The notes beneath the pieces are model-generated. The model was not told the DNA's origin and did no database searches. It saw only the letters and a program-made list of their open reading frames with translations. Shown here piece after piece: positions 27,957 to 38,524 of a stretch of DNA of 64,000 nucleotides. The stretch comes from Methanobacteriota archaeon (GTDB taxonomy: Archaea; Thermoplasmatota; Poseidoniia; Poseidoniales; Poseidoniaceae), in assembly GCA_002706065.1 (NCBI GenBank), contig PAJM01000017.1:12722-76721 (forward strand), in the 5' to 3' direction. Positions within the stretch are counted from its first letter, which is position 1. Every line of letters begins with the position of its first letter. A program made the translations under genes and the position numbers.

Positions 27957-30245
27957 TTATTCCTCTTCGGAAAGGTGTTGAATTGATGTGGAGAGAGAAA
28001 CTTCAATCCATTTTGAGGTAGGTGTGTTTGAGATGTCTGCTGTAGAATTCAGTGGCACGAGCTCATTGGCTTCGGGAAAATAAGCCGCTAAATTGCCGCG
28101 TGGTATTTCGTAGGGAACGACAATCCAGTGGCTCGAATGGCGTTTTGTTCCTTCGAAATGGCTCGTCATATCAACAATATCTCTCGTTTTTAATCCACGC
28201 TCAGACATGTCCAATGCGTTCATCAGAAGTATTCTGCGGTTGCCATGTACGCCTCGATAACGATCGTGCAATCCGTAAATGGTGGTATTGTACTGATCGT
28301 GACTACGAATGGTCATCAAGATAAAATGATCTTTCCTGACGCATAGATCAGGTAGCGAGTGAATCGTAAACAATGCCTTGCCTGTCGCCGTATTGAACTG
28401 GCAATCATCTCGAGGTGGATTGGGAAGCAAGAAACCGTTTTCTTCACGTACTCTTTGATTGTAATTTTCAAACCCGTTCAAGGATTTGGACATGACATCC
28501 CGTATGGAATCATAATTTTTTGAGAACTGATTCCATTCCAAGAGTTCTGGACAGAGGCGCCTCCCCAATTCAGCTACAAGAGAAGGTTCGCTCAACAGCA
28601 TAGATGATACGGGTTTCAACGTCCCTTTAGAACGATGTACAACGCCCATGGAGTTTTCAACGGTAACAAATTGCTCACCACTTTCCTGCAAATCCAATTC
28701 AGTGCGACCCAAAACCGGCAATATGAGAGCAGTTTCACCTGTGATTAAGTGACTTCGATTGAGTTTGGTTGAAATCTGAACTGTCAACCCAACCTTCTGC
28801 AGTGCTGATGCCGTGCGACGCGTGTCTGGTGTGGCTGAAAGAAAATTACCACCCATCGCAATGAATACATCGACAGCATCAGCATCCATGGCACGAATTG
28901 CGTGAACAACATCAAATCCGTGTTCTCTTGGCATCTCAAAATTAAGACCGCGTTCCAACTTCTCCAAGAACGATTCACTCGGCGCCTCCCATATTCCAAC
29001 CGTTCGATCGCCTTGCACATTGGAGTGTCCGCGAACAGGGCATACACCAGCACCGGGACGTCCGATGTGACCTCCCATTAACAGCAAATTCACCACTTCT
29101 TGAATGACTGCTACACCGTTTCTATGCTGCGTAAGACCCATCGCCCAACATGCAATCGTTGCGCTGGATTCTTTGCACATCTCAGCGATTGTTCGTATCA
29201 TTTGGCGGGAAATACCTGAATCGGATTCAATGGTTTCCCATTGTACATCATCTAGAGATGCCTTAAACTCAGAAAAACCATTTGTTTTGGTTTCGATGAA
29301 GGATAAATCGTATGATGATGATTTCATCATTTCTTTCATGATGCCTTTGAATAACGCAGCATCCCCGCCGATGCGTACAGGAACAAAAAGATCAGCAAGT
29401 TGCATGGTTTTGAAATCTGCAGTCATGTAATCTTGGGGATGTTTAAAGCGTTGTAAGCCAGTTTCAGGTAATGGATTAATGCTGATAATTTTGGCACCAT
29501 GCTTCTTGGCATCCCTCAACGCAGTCAACATTCTTGGGTGATTCGTTCCAGGATTTTGACCGACTACAAGAATCAAATCTGCATGGTTAAAATCTTCAAG
29601 GTGGACGGTTCCTTTACCGATTCCAATCGTTTCCGTAAGTGCTTTACCACTTGATTCATGACACATGTTTGAACAATCTGGTAAATTATTCGAACCGAGT
29701 CCACGCACTAAGGCTTGGTAAAGAAAAGCAGCTTCATTCGAAGTTCGACCTGAGGTGTAGTAAACTCCTCGCATTGGGTTATCCATTGTTTGAATGGATT
29801 CGGAAATGAAGTCCAGTGCATCTGACCATTCAATCGCCTCATAATGTGTTGAGTCTTTTTTCAGGATCATTGGTTGTGCAATACGCCCCTGACTATTCAA
29901 CCAAAAATCGGACTTTTTGCGTAGTTCTGCAATTGAATGCTTTTTGAAAAATGTTGCATTGACATTTGCTTTCATGGATTCGTCCGCAACGGCCTTGGCA
30001 CCATTCTCACAAAATTCAAAGGATGTTCGATGCGTTGGGTCTGGCCAAGCACAGCCCGGACAATCAAATCCTTCTTTTTGATTGACCATCAAGAGCGTGC
30101 GGACCGTTTTGGTCAACCCCATTTTCCGGATGCCATGATTCATCGAGGAAAGTGCTGCTGGAATACCAGCTGCAGTTTTCTTCACAGAGGTAAGACGGAG
30201 GGTGTTCATATCAGGGGGCGTTGTTCCATCAGCCCCCTCCTTCAT
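27957..30245 (-). CDS. YdeP/FdhF-like molybdopterin (bis-MGD) oxidoreductase
   Basis: EGFDCPGCAWPDP, YYTSGRTSNEAAFLYQ, SNNLPDCSNMCHE, MTIRSHDQYNTTIYG match the YdeP family. Confidence 0.85.
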   Translation of the reverse strand: MKEGADGTTPPDMNTLRLTSVKKTAAGIPAALSSMNHGIRKMGLTKTVRTLLMVNQKEGFDCPGCAWPDPTHRTSFEFCENGAKAVADESMKANVNATFFKKHSIAELRKKSDFWLNSQGRIAQPMILKKDSTHYEAIEWSDALDFISESIQTMDNPMRGVYYTSGRTSNEAAFLYQALVRGLGSNNLPDCSNMCHESSGKALTETIGIGKGTVHLEDFNHADLILVVGQNPGTNHPRMLTALRDAKKHGAKIISINPLPETGLQRFKHPQDYMTADFKTMQLADLFVPVRIGGDAALFKGIMKEMMKSSSYDLSFIETKTNGFSEFKASLDDVQWETIESDSGISRQMIRTIAEMCKESSATIACWAMGLTQHRNGVAVIQEVVNLLLMGGHIGRPGAGVCPVRGHSNVQGDRTVGIWEAPSESFLEKLERGLNFEMPREHGFDVVHAIRAMDADAVDVFIAMGGNFLSATPDTRRTASALQKVGLTVQISTKLNRSHLITGETALILPVLGRTELDLQESGEQFVTVENSMGVVHRSKGTLKPVSSMLLSEPSLVAELGRRLCPELLEWNQFSKNYDSIRDVMSKSLNGFENYNQRVREENGFLLPNPPRDDCQFNTATGKALFTIHSLPDLCVRKDHFILMTIRSHDQYNTTIYGLHDRYRGVHGNRRILLMNALDMSERGLKTRDIVDMTSHFEGTKRHSSHWIVVPYEIPRGNLAAYFPEANELVPLNSTADISNTPTSKWIEVSLSTSIQHLSEEE

Positions 30246-30296
30246 GATTGTTGCAAATCATTCCGACTCATCAATGCTTGCAGACAAAATCAGGTG

Positions 30297-31079
30297 TTAG
30301 CCTACTTTCCAAGCACCATCGTTCTTTACAAATCCAAAAAGAATGAGTCCATGTTCTCGTGCGAGTTGAATAGCAGCAGATGACATTGCACCCAATGAAG
30401 CAATGGCAGGTATGCCACTGCGTACTGCTTTCGCAACGATGTCCCATCCACAACGCCCAGAAAGCAAGAGCATCGAAGTTCCAAGTTGCTCACTCTGATC
30501 AAGAATGGCTTTTCCTATTGTTTTGTCAACAGCATTGTGCCTACCGATATCTTCGGAAACGTAGCGTAGGCCAACATCACGCACATAGAGACCAGCGCCG
30601 TGGCTTCCGCCGCTTGCTTGGAAGAGCTTCATTTCATGACTAAGAGATTTCAATGCGTTATTGATGAGAATCAATTCTAAATTCTTGAAGGGCTGATGTT
30701 GGAGATTCCCACCGATATCATCGATCAATAAGTCCGGATGGTTACAGGCTCCACACGAACTTGTGACAAGACGTTTGCGTGGTACGATTTCTACTAACCC
30801 ATGAAATACAACAACATGATGCGGCGTTGTCTCGTGGGTAAAAGAATCGAGCGATACCGTTGGGGAAACGTACCCCTCTGCTACAAGATGACCTGCATGC
30901 AATTCAATGAGATCCACAGGAGTCGCCAGCAGCGTCGTATGCGTGTACATGTTACCGTCTGAATCGAGCGCATCCAGTTGAATTGCGGTTTCCTCCACGA
31001 TGGTCTCTTTTTCGATTTCCACACCGCTTCTGGATATGCGCTGCAACGGCAATTCAGAACGACCATCATTCATCTGCAT
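30297..31079 (-). CDS. fdhD: FdhD-type sulfurtransferase (formate dehydrogenase family accessory protein)
   Basis: SSCGACN plus GGSHGAGL motifs. Start taken at M33/M35 of the ORF-track frame 30297..31175, abutting the Tsr3 stop. Confidence 0.85.
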   Translation of the reverse strand: MQMNDGRSELPLQRISRSGVEIEKETIVEETAIQLDALDSDGNMYTHTTLLATPVDLIELHAGHLVAEGYVSPTVSLDSFTHETTPHHVVVFHGLVEIVPRKRLVTSSCGACNHPDLLIDDIGGNLQHQPFKNLELILINNALKSLSHEMKLFQASGGSHGAGLYVRDVGLRYVSEDIGRHNAVDKTIGKAILDQSEQLGTSMLLLSGRCGWDIVAKAVRSGIPAIASLGAMSSAAIQLAREHGLILFGFVKNDGAWKVG

Positions 31080-31608
31080 CCACCTCAATGTCAAAAAATT
31101 CAAACTGAAGTGCGACCAATTCGGCGGAGGATTTCGCGTTCGAGTACGCATCAAGGGGCTCTTGATTGAGTTCAAGAAATCGTTCGCCCCAACGAAATTT
31201 ACTCAACAAATTTCGAGCTTGCTCCACTCGACCCAGAAGATAGAGAGACGCTGCGAGCGCTTCAACTGTGGATAATTTTCCAGGTTTGCCCCAATTCACA
31301 GGATTGGCCGCCAACAACAACGGAAGTGTTCGAGGCTTCAGTCGAGTTCGACGCATTACGTGTTCGACCGACTCTTCAATTTGGGCCCATGAACAATCCA
31401 ACCCAACAAGTGCTCCGTTGTTGTCAAACATTTCACGGTCTTCGGGACCGAGCACCTTTCCGCATAACGGCTCTAAGATTATGCCACGTTTTGGTAATCG
31501 TCTGAAATCCTTGTGCAATCGGAGTAAATTATCCTTTGAAACACGGACGGCTGTGTTCTTTTTGGGGTCATCCTGTGCAAGCCATATCGCGTGAACAGGA
31601 ATATCCAT
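31066..31608 (-). CDS. tsr3: 16S rRNA aminocarboxypropyltransferase Tsr3 (DUF367)
   Basis: DPKKNTAVRVSK...GIILEPL...GLDCSWAQ pattern characteristic of Tsr3, ~180 aa. Confidence 0.75.
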   Translation of the reverse strand: MDIPVHAIWLAQDDPKKNTAVRVSKDNLLRLHKDFRRLPKRGIILEPLCGKVLGPEDREMFDNNGALVGLDCSWAQIEESVEHVMRRTRLKPRTLPLLLAANPVNWGKPGKLSTVEALAASLYLLGRVEQARNLLSKFRWGERFLELNQEPLDAYSNAKSSAELVALQFEFFDIEVDADE

Positions 31609-31612
31609 GGAC

Positions 31613-32104
31613 TCACCGTAGATCTTTCAGATAATCTCCAATCGTCATACCACGACTGTTGGAACTGTGACCGACCATTGATTGGTGCTCAGCACTTGAT
31701 ACAACCATGAGTTCGATTCCGAGAATCATTTCAAACTTCGTAATGACTGAATCTGTCGGAGGTTTCCCGGATTCTGAAGATTTGATGACGTTGATGGTTT
31801 CTGCCATTCGTTGACCTAATTGTGCTTGTGACCAGCCCTTGGATTCACGTGCACTTACAATGCGGCGTGCGAAATCATCCGCAAGTTCCTTTTCTTGTTT
31901 GTTCATGATGTTGTTCTTGCGAAAGGATTGCTTTTTGTTCTTGGGCATCGGACTACGACGCGATTGTGCTAAACCAGGCGCTTCCTTTTTTGGTGCTAAA
32001 TTCATTTGTTCGACACATTTTGGACAGACTGCTAACATCGATTTGTTGACACGATGTTCACGTGTTGGGACCTTGGTTGCTCCACATAATTCGCAATCAC
32101 CCAT
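31613..32104 (-). CDS. mbf1: Multiprotein-bridging factor 1-type transcription regulator (N-terminal zinc ribbon + C-terminal XRE-type HTH)
   Basis: CELCGA...CPKCV zinc ribbon; HTH region RESKGWSQAQLGQRMAETINVIKSSESG. Confidence 0.8.
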   Translation of the reverse strand: MGDCELCGATKVPTREHRVNKSMLAVCPKCVEQMNLAPKKEAPGLAQSRRSPMPKNKKQSFRKNNIMNKQEKELADDFARRIVSARESKGWSQAQLGQRMAETINVIKSSESGKPPTDSVITKFEMILGIELMVVSSAEHQSMVGHSSNSRGMTIGDYLKDLR

Positions 32105-32212
32105 TCTATCCCCAGATTCTCCTCACGCTGACATTTGATGAACCCTTCGCTTTTGTTCGTGAATTGTTACGATGTATTGATGAACTGTGGACACGACGGA
32201 CAATTGATTGCG

Positions 32213-33433
32213 ATGGGTACTGATGTCGATCGAAACACAGAGTCCGTAAAAAACCACAGAGATGATGAATTTCAAACTCTGGAACAGGACTACCGCAAAC
32301 TTCAGGAAAAAACGCAGGAATTGATCAGCGAGAGAACCCATATCGAGTCGGAATTGCGCAACGTGAAGAAACAAGCAGGTCGTCTTGAAGAAGAGGTTCG
32401 CCATCTCCGTGCACCACCATTGATTGTTGGCACCTTACAAGATATTCTAGACTCTGAACGCGCCATCGTTCGTTCATCGAATGGAACCGTATTTCAGGTT
32501 TCACTGAATCAACGAATCGACCCTGAATTGCTCAAGCCTGGGACCAGAGTAGCGCTTAATCAAGACTCCCTCTCACTCGTGGAAGTACTTCACGATGCAT
32601 GGGACCCAATTGTTAGTGGCTCTGAAATGGTTGAGCGACCTGATATTACCTACGACATGGTTGCCGGTCTTGATGATGAAATACTCTCCGTCAGGGAAGC
32701 GATTGAATTGCCACTTACCAAGCCTCAACTGTTTGCTAAAGTTGGCATAAAACCACCAAAAGGCGTGCTTCTTGTGGGTCCTCCTGGATGTGGGAAGACG
32801 CTCCTTGCCAAGGCTGTAGCACATCATACAAATGCTACATTCATTCGTATGGTTGGTTCAGAACTTGCGCAAAAATACATCGGGGAAGGTGGACGTTTGG
32901 TACGGGAATTGTTCTCTCTTGCAAAGGATAAATCACCTTCGATTATTTTCCTCGACGAAATCGATGCAATCGGTGCAAAACGTTTGGATGGTTCGACCAG
33001 TGGCGACCGAGAAGTCCAAAGAACCCTAATGCAATTACTAGCTGAATTGGATGGTTTTGATGAGCTTGAACACGTGAAAATTATTGCTGCTACAAACCGT
33101 CCAGATATTCTTGACGATGCTCTTTTGCGTCCTGGCAGATTTGATCGTATTATTGAAATTCCAATTCCCGAAGAAGAATCTCGACATGCCATTTTGGAAC
33201 TTCACCTATCAAACATGAACACCAAGGGTGTTCGAACAAAAGCAATTGCGCGCAGTACCGAAGCATTCAGTGGTGCTGAATTGAAAGCAACCTGTGTTGA
33301 GGCAGGCATGATTGCTATTCGTTCGAACAGAGACACAGTCGTCCATGCAGATGTCGTTAAGGCAATCAATCGACTCAACAAGAAAAAATCACAATCTGGT
33401 GGCGCATCATCACCTGACGGTTTGTATGGTTGA
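32213..33433 (+). CDS. pan: Proteasome-activating nucleotidase PAN (AAA+ ATPase)
   Basis: Coiled-coil N-terminus, Walker A GPPGCGKTLLAKA, Walker B IIFLDEIDAIG, SRH region, C-terminal HbYX-like ...GLYG. ORF-track frame from 32135; likely start at M27. Confidence 0.9.
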   Translation: MGTDVDRNTESVKNHRDDEFQTLEQDYRKLQEKTQELISERTHIESELRNVKKQAGRLEEEVRHLRAPPLIVGTLQDILDSERAIVRSSNGTVFQVSLNQRIDPELLKPGTRVALNQDSLSLVEVLHDAWDPIVSGSEMVERPDITYDMVAGLDDEILSVREAIELPLTKPQLFAKVGIKPPKGVLLVGPPGCGKTLLAKAVAHHTNATFIRMVGSELAQKYIGEGGRLVRELFSLAKDKSPSIIFLDEIDAIGAKRLDGSTSGDREVQRTLMQLLAELDGFDELEHVKIIAATNRPDILDDALLRPGRFDRIIEIPIPEEESRHAILELHLSNMNTKGVRTKAIARSTEAFSGAELKATCVEAGMIAIRSNRDTVVHADVVKAINRLNKKKSQSGGASSPDGLYG

Positions 33434-33472
33434 TAGGTCAATGTTCAAAGTCCGACCTGTGAACCATAAGGT

Positions 33473-34513
33473 ATGTCAAGCACCATTGTTGAATGTGTTC
33501 CGAATATCTCAGAGGGTCGGGACCTTGAAAAGATCAATAGGATAGTCGACGCTGCTCGCCGAGATGGTGTGAAAATCCTTGGCGTTGAACCCGATCCAGA
33601 TTACAATCGGACTGTCATTACCTTTGCAGGTAGTCCTGCAGAGGTTGAAGAATCTGCAATCACATTGATTGAGACGGCAATTCATGAAATTGATATGCGC
33701 ACACACAGAGGTGAGCATCCGCGAATGGGTTGTGTGGATGTTTGTCCATTTATTCCAATCCGTAATATTTCAATGGACGAATGTGCTGAAATGGCTCACC
33801 GGGTTGCTACCAAAATTTCTCATCATGATGTCCCAGTGTTTCTTTATGGATTTGCGGCAGCAACAGAAGAGAGAACGCTGCTCTCGAAGTTACGAAAAGG
33901 CGAGTATGAGGGGCTCAAACAGCGCCTTTCTGGTTCGTCTGATGCACACGCTGATGCAACGATGATGCCAGATATGGGTTCAAACATTTGGTCTGAAACT
34001 TCGCAGAAAAGTGGAGCGATTACAATTGGAGCTCGCGATATCTTGTTGGCATACAACGTCAATATTGACGATTCAAATCCTTACGTCGCTCAGCAAATCG
34101 GGTCCATCGTACGAAGTTCTGGACGATTGCTAAAATCCGATGATCAAGAACGTAAATTTCGAACGAAAGGATTGCTTCAGCACGTTCAAGGGATGGGTGT
34201 TCCGCTTGAATCTCACAACATTAGTCAGGTCTCAATGAATCTTCAAAATTATAGAGTGACCAATCTGCATCACGCTTTTGATACCATTGATAGTTTATGC
34301 AAAAACATGAACAGTTCGACGAAGGGAAGTGAACTCGTTGGTTTGGTACCTCTTGAGGCCATGGTACAAGCAGGGCAATGGTACGGCGGAGAGGGGTGTT
34401 CTGAAAGGGAGTACATCGATATAGCAATCCAGAGGTTGGGGTTGGATTCAATTGGCCCATTTGACCCGAATAAGAGGATTATAGAATGGGCTATTGAGGA
34501 GGGTCAAGAATGA
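33473..34513 (+). CDS. Glutamate formimidoyltransferase (FtcD N-terminal-type domain, stand-alone)
   Basis: IVECVPNISEGRD matches the formiminotransferase signature; ~345 aa two-subdomain architecture. Confidence 0.85.
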   Translation: MSSTIVECVPNISEGRDLEKINRIVDAARRDGVKILGVEPDPDYNRTVITFAGSPAEVEESAITLIETAIHEIDMRTHRGEHPRMGCVDVCPFIPIRNISMDECAEMAHRVATKISHHDVPVFLYGFAAATEERTLLSKLRKGEYEGLKQRLSGSSDAHADATMMPDMGSNIWSETSQKSGAITIGARDILLAYNVNIDDSNPYVAQQIGSIVRSSGRLLKSDDQERKFRTKGLLQHVQGMGVPLESHNISQVSMNLQNYRVTNLHHAFDTIDSLCKNMNSSTKGSELVGLVPLEAMVQAGQWYGGEGCSEREYIDIAIQRLGLDSIGPFDPNKRIIEWAIEEGQE

Positions 34514-35142
34514 GTTGGGCAGACAAAACACTACGAGAATTTCAGGACGCACTTGCAAGTGATGCACCAACACCAGGTGGTGGTTCTGCAGCGGGTGTAG
34601 CCCTTGGTCAAGCCGCCGCATTAGCTGTTATGGTAAGCGACCTGACGCTTGCAAAGGAATCTTGCAAAGATGGGTGGTCTGTTTCTAAGCAAGTAAAAGA
34701 AACTGCTACTCCTTTACTCGATCAAGGTCTTGAGTTGGCAACAGAAGACAGCCAATCATTTGACGCTGTAGTCGACGCATTTCGTTTGCCAAAACAGACC
34801 GATGAACAAAAGGAAGTTCGTCGTGATTCAATACGAAAAGCAACACTTGGGGCCGCTGAGGTTCCATATCGTACGGCCTTATCAGCACTCGAACTTCTAC
34901 GTCTCCTTCCAGAATTAGCAAAGAAAGGAAATGGTAACGCAGCATCTGATGCGGGTGTTGCAGGATTGCTAGCGTCCGCAGCACTCAAAGGGGCTATTTT
35001 CAATGTGGAAATTAACCTACAATCCTTACCAGACAATTATGGTGTTGAAATGAGAAAACAATTACCATCCTTGATCGAGGATGGGCGCTTGTATTCAAGA
35101 CAGTGTATGGATGAAGTTCGATTGCGATTAACGGACAACTGA
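34510..35142 (+). CDS. Formimidoyltetrahydrofolate cyclodeaminase (FtcD C-terminal-type domain, stand-alone)
   Basis: Ala/Gly-rich helical protein TPGGGSAAGVALGQAAALA typical of the cyclodeaminase domain; 4-nt overlap with the formiminotransferase gene. Confidence 0.8.
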   Translation: MSWADKTLREFQDALASDAPTPGGGSAAGVALGQAAALAVMVSDLTLAKESCKDGWSVSKQVKETATPLLDQGLELATEDSQSFDAVVDAFRLPKQTDEQKEVRRDSIRKATLGAAEVPYRTALSALELLRLLPELAKKGNGNAASDAGVAGLLASAALKGAIFNVEINLQSLPDNYGVEMRKQLPSLIEDGRLYSRQCMDEVRLRLTDN

Positions 35143-37371
35143 ACCCGTTGCAATATCGCCATCGATGGTAATCAAACGAACCGTATCGTTGCCATCATCA
35201 GCAGCCAACATCATGCCTTGGCTTACAACACCTCGTAATGGGCGTGGTTGAAGATTAGCAACAAAGACTACAGATTTGTTTACAAGTTGATCAGGCGTGT
35301 AGTATGCTTTGATTCCTGCACAAATAGTCCGCTCATCGTCAGTTCCATCATCAATTTTGACAACATAGAGTCGATCCGCATTTGGATGATCTTCAACAGA
35401 TACGATGCGGCCTACTCGTAATTCTACTTTCATGAACGTATCAAAATCAAGATATTCAATACCTTCTGGTGGTTTTTCTTTCATACTCTTCTTCTCCTTT
35501 TTTCCGCCTTTTACAGCGTGTGTTACATCGATGGATTCCTCATCCTTTTCAACAAGTGATTGTTCTTCTTCAACGATTTCATCAACATCCAGCCGCTTGA
35601 ACAATGGTTCGTACGCAGCTGACGGATTCGCAACCGAAATAGTCCAATCGATTGCATCAGACCAATTTGCATCACACAGCGGCTCCTGTATTCCAAGCAT
35701 GTCCCACAATCGCTGGGCGCTAAATGGAAGGAATGGTTGTGTTACGATGGCAAGATACCGGCAAATACGCCATCCAAAAGCGAGTGAAGAAAGCGACTCA
35801 TTCCGTCCTTCAGCATCCACTTCGGTCTTCAAGTGCTTCCACGGCATTGCTGATTGCAACAATTGGTTGCCATGTTGAGCGGCTGTCATTGCTGTACGTA
35901 GTGCTTCTTTGTAGCGGTGTTTCTCAAGTGATGAGGTCATATCCGAATGCAGCTGTTGGAGTGTTGTGCAAAGGTCTTGATAGTGACGAATATCATTGAA
36001 TGCTGGCAAAGTCTCACCACCAGGTGTTTCGGGCAATCGTGCAGAGAGTGATAACACGCGGTTTGCAAAGTTCCCGTAGGTCGCTATGAGTTCGTTGTTA
36101 ATCCGGTCGACAAATTCTGTCCACGTAAAATCAGTATCGTGGGATTCGGGCATGTTGATGCTGAGATAATATCGCAAAGTATCAGGATCGAAGCGTTCAA
36201 GGAAAGATGGTAACCATATGGCATGTTTCCTGGATTTGGAGAACTGACCTCCAGCGAGCATAAGGTACTCCATTGCAGGAACGTTATCTTCCAAACGAAG
36301 ATCTCCCTGAACTGGTAAATCTACGGCATCATTAGCAGTTTTTCCGGAGCGTGCATGGTTCAGCCCCATCAAAATCGCAGGCCATATTACTGTATGAAAT
36401 GGAACGTTATCCTTTCCAAGGAAGTAGTAGTGACGCTGGTTTGCGTTCTCTTGTTCAATCCACCACTTCTCCCAAGAGGAACCATCACCAAAGGATTCTG
36501 ACCATATTTGAGAGCATGTCAAATATCCTTGGACCGCTTCAAACCACACGTAGATGCATTTACCATTCCAGTCATCACCATCAAGTGGCACCTCTATACC
36601 CCATTCAAGGTCTCGTGTTACTGCCCGTGGCCTTACCCCCATGTCGAGCCATTGTTTCGTCATAGCACGGACGTTTGGTTTCCAAACCGAATGATTGTTG
36701 CTAGCATGCTTTTCAAGAGCATTTTGGAAGAGATCTAGTCGATAGAACAAATGGTCTGTGTTTCGTATTTCGACAGTTAATTCAGGATTCATTTTGGATA
36801 CGGGACTTTTCAATTCAGAGGATTCGTACGTTGCTCCACATGAATCGCATTGATCGCCACGCGCACCATCTTCACCACATGCTGGACATGTTCCCTCAAT
36901 GTATCGATCTGGAAGGAAGCGTCCGCCCCCATCTGGGTGGACTTCGTAGTACTGCTGCATGGTTCTCATTTCAAAAAAGCCAGCATCATACAAGAGTTTG
37001 AAATTTTCTTGTACCTTTTGTTTATGACGTGGGTCACTCGTCCGGTTGAACAGTGATCCACCATAATCCATCCCGCGTGGGTCGATGTTGGGCATCCACG
37101 TACAACCAAGATCAAGCAGGGCCTGTGTATTGATGCTATGATATTCATCCACGACATCCTGAGGCGAAACACCATCTTGTTCTGCAGTAACTGTGATTGG
37201 TGTTCCATGTTCATCGGAACCTGAAACCATCAGAACACAATTACCTCGTAATCGTTCAAATCGTGCATAAATATCGGGTGGCAGATAGCACCCCGCCACG
37301 TGACCAAGGTGGAGTGGCCCATTTGCATAGGGCCATGCAACGCACACAAGAACGTGGTCGCCACCGGACAT
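35128..37371 (-). CDS. metG: Methionine--tRNA ligase with C-terminal EMAP/tRNA-binding domain
   Basis: HLGHVAGCYLPPDIYAR (HIGH), zinc knuckles CPACG..CDSCG, KMSKS-type FSKSRKH, C-terminal OB-fold tRNA-binding domain. Confidence 0.9.
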   Translation of the reverse strand: MSGGDHVLVCVAWPYANGPLHLGHVAGCYLPPDIYARFERLRGNCVLMVSGSDEHGTPITVTAEQDGVSPQDVVDEYHSINTQALLDLGCTWMPNIDPRGMDYGGSLFNRTSDPRHKQKVQENFKLLYDAGFFEMRTMQQYYEVHPDGGGRFLPDRYIEGTCPACGEDGARGDQCDSCGATYESSELKSPVSKMNPELTVEIRNTDHLFYRLDLFQNALEKHASNNHSVWKPNVRAMTKQWLDMGVRPRAVTRDLEWGIEVPLDGDDWNGKCIYVWFEAVQGYLTCSQIWSESFGDGSSWEKWWIEQENANQRHYYFLGKDNVPFHTVIWPAILMGLNHARSGKTANDAVDLPVQGDLRLEDNVPAMEYLMLAGGQFSKSRKHAIWLPSFLERFDPDTLRYYLSINMPESHDTDFTWTEFVDRINNELIATYGNFANRVLSLSARLPETPGGETLPAFNDIRHYQDLCTTLQQLHSDMTSSLEKHRYKEALRTAMTAAQHGNQLLQSAMPWKHLKTEVDAEGRNESLSSLAFGWRICRYLAIVTQPFLPFSAQRLWDMLGIQEPLCDANWSDAIDWTISVANPSAAYEPLFKRLDVDEIVEEEQSLVEKDEESIDVTHAVKGGKKEKKSMKEKPPEGIEYLDFDTFMKVELRVGRIVSVEDHPNADRLYVVKIDDGTDDERTICAGIKAYYTPDQLVNKSVVFVANLQPRPLRGVVSQGMMLAADDGNDTVRLITIDGDIATGSVVR

Positions 37372-37489
37372 ACTCCCTGCTAACAGGCATTGATTTTCAA
37401 ATCAACCCTTCCCTTTATTGCAAAACAACATTTTCAAGAAGCAGAAGGTGCTGGCCAAACTATCCAACGGACAGGAGTTCAAGTTCAAC

Positions 37490-38524
37490 ATGAACCTCAC
37501 TTTACTCATTTTTTACACAATACTTGCACTTGGCGTATCGTTTCTTTGCTCGATTTTGGAGGCAGTAGTCCTCTCTATTCCGAATACTCAAGTTGCTGTT
37601 TGGCAAAAAGATGGTAACAGACGCGGTGACATTTGGTCGAAACTCAAATCCGATGATGCAGTAAAACCGCTCACTGCTATTCTAACATTGAACACGATTG
37701 CGCACACAATGGGTGCTGCAGGAGTAGGGTCTGAAGTGCAAAATCAATTTGGAAACGAGTATCTCACCGTTGCATCGGTCATCCTGACACTCGCAGTCCT
37801 GTTCTTATCCGAAATTATACCAAAGACTCTGGGCACTGCATATTGGCGCCAATTGTCCCTCATAACAGGAATCATCCTCAATTCAATCACGATAGCCCTG
37901 ATATTCATTATTGCACCGATCCAGTGGATGAAAAAGATTCTACCGAGTGCAGACGGCCAGCTCGTTACACGCGATGACCTTGTAGCACTCGCTGATTTAG
38001 GAGAAGAAGAAGGTGCATTGATGGAAGATGAAGAAACGGTGATTCACAATCTACTACGACTTCGAGAAATTCCAATTACTGAAGTTATGACACCACGGGT
38101 TGTTGTTACTGCGTTGCAACAAGACATGACGGTTCGGGAAGTACTCGACGAGTATCCTGTTATGCGTTTTTCTCGCATGCCTGTCTTTTCTGAGTCCGTT
38201 GATGAAATTCAAGGACTTGTAATTCGCTCTGAGCTCTTGGTTGCGGCAAGTCGCGATGAGTGGGATCGTGTGGTTCAAGAATTCATGAAACCTGTTCAGT
38301 TCCTTTCAACAACACAGAGTGTTGATGCAGCACTCGACATGTTGCTTGAACGTCGACAACAATTTGCTGTAGTCCAAGATGAATTTGGAGGTACATCTGG
38401 AATCCTAACCATGGAAGATGTGCTTGAAACGTTGTTAGGTGAAGAAATCGTTGACGAACTTGATGAGGTCGATGATATGCGCGAATTGGCTCGGGAACAA
38501 GCAAGTTCAACCGAAGAAGAGTGA
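37490..38524 (+). CDS. CNNM/CorC-family divalent-cation (Mg2+/Co2+) transporter: DUF21 TM domain + CBS pair
   Basis: 4 TM helices then two CBS domains (EVMTPRVVV..., VQDEFGGTSGILTMEDVLETLLGE). Start at M25 of the ORF-track frame 37418..38524. Confidence 0.8.
   Translation: MNLTLLIFYTILALGVSFLCSILEAVVLSIPNTQVAVWQKDGNRRGDIWSKLKSDDAVKPLTAILTLNTIAHTMGAAGVGSEVQNQFGNEYLTVASVILTLAVLFLSEIIPKTLGTAYWRQLSLITGIILNSITIALIFIIAPIQWMKKILPSADGQLVTRDDLVALADLGEEEGALMEDEETVIHNLLRLREIPITEVMTPRVVVTALQQDMTVREVLDEYPVMRFSRMPVFSESVDEIQGLVIRSELLVAASRDEWDRVVQEFMKPVQFLSTTQSVDAALDMLLERRQQFAVVQDEFGGTSGILTMEDVLETLLGEEIVDELDEVDDMRELAREQASSTEEE

Noticed and set aside
35405-35878. 157-aa Ser/Cys-rich ORF antisense to metG
   Set aside because: Overlaps conserved MetRS coding sequence.
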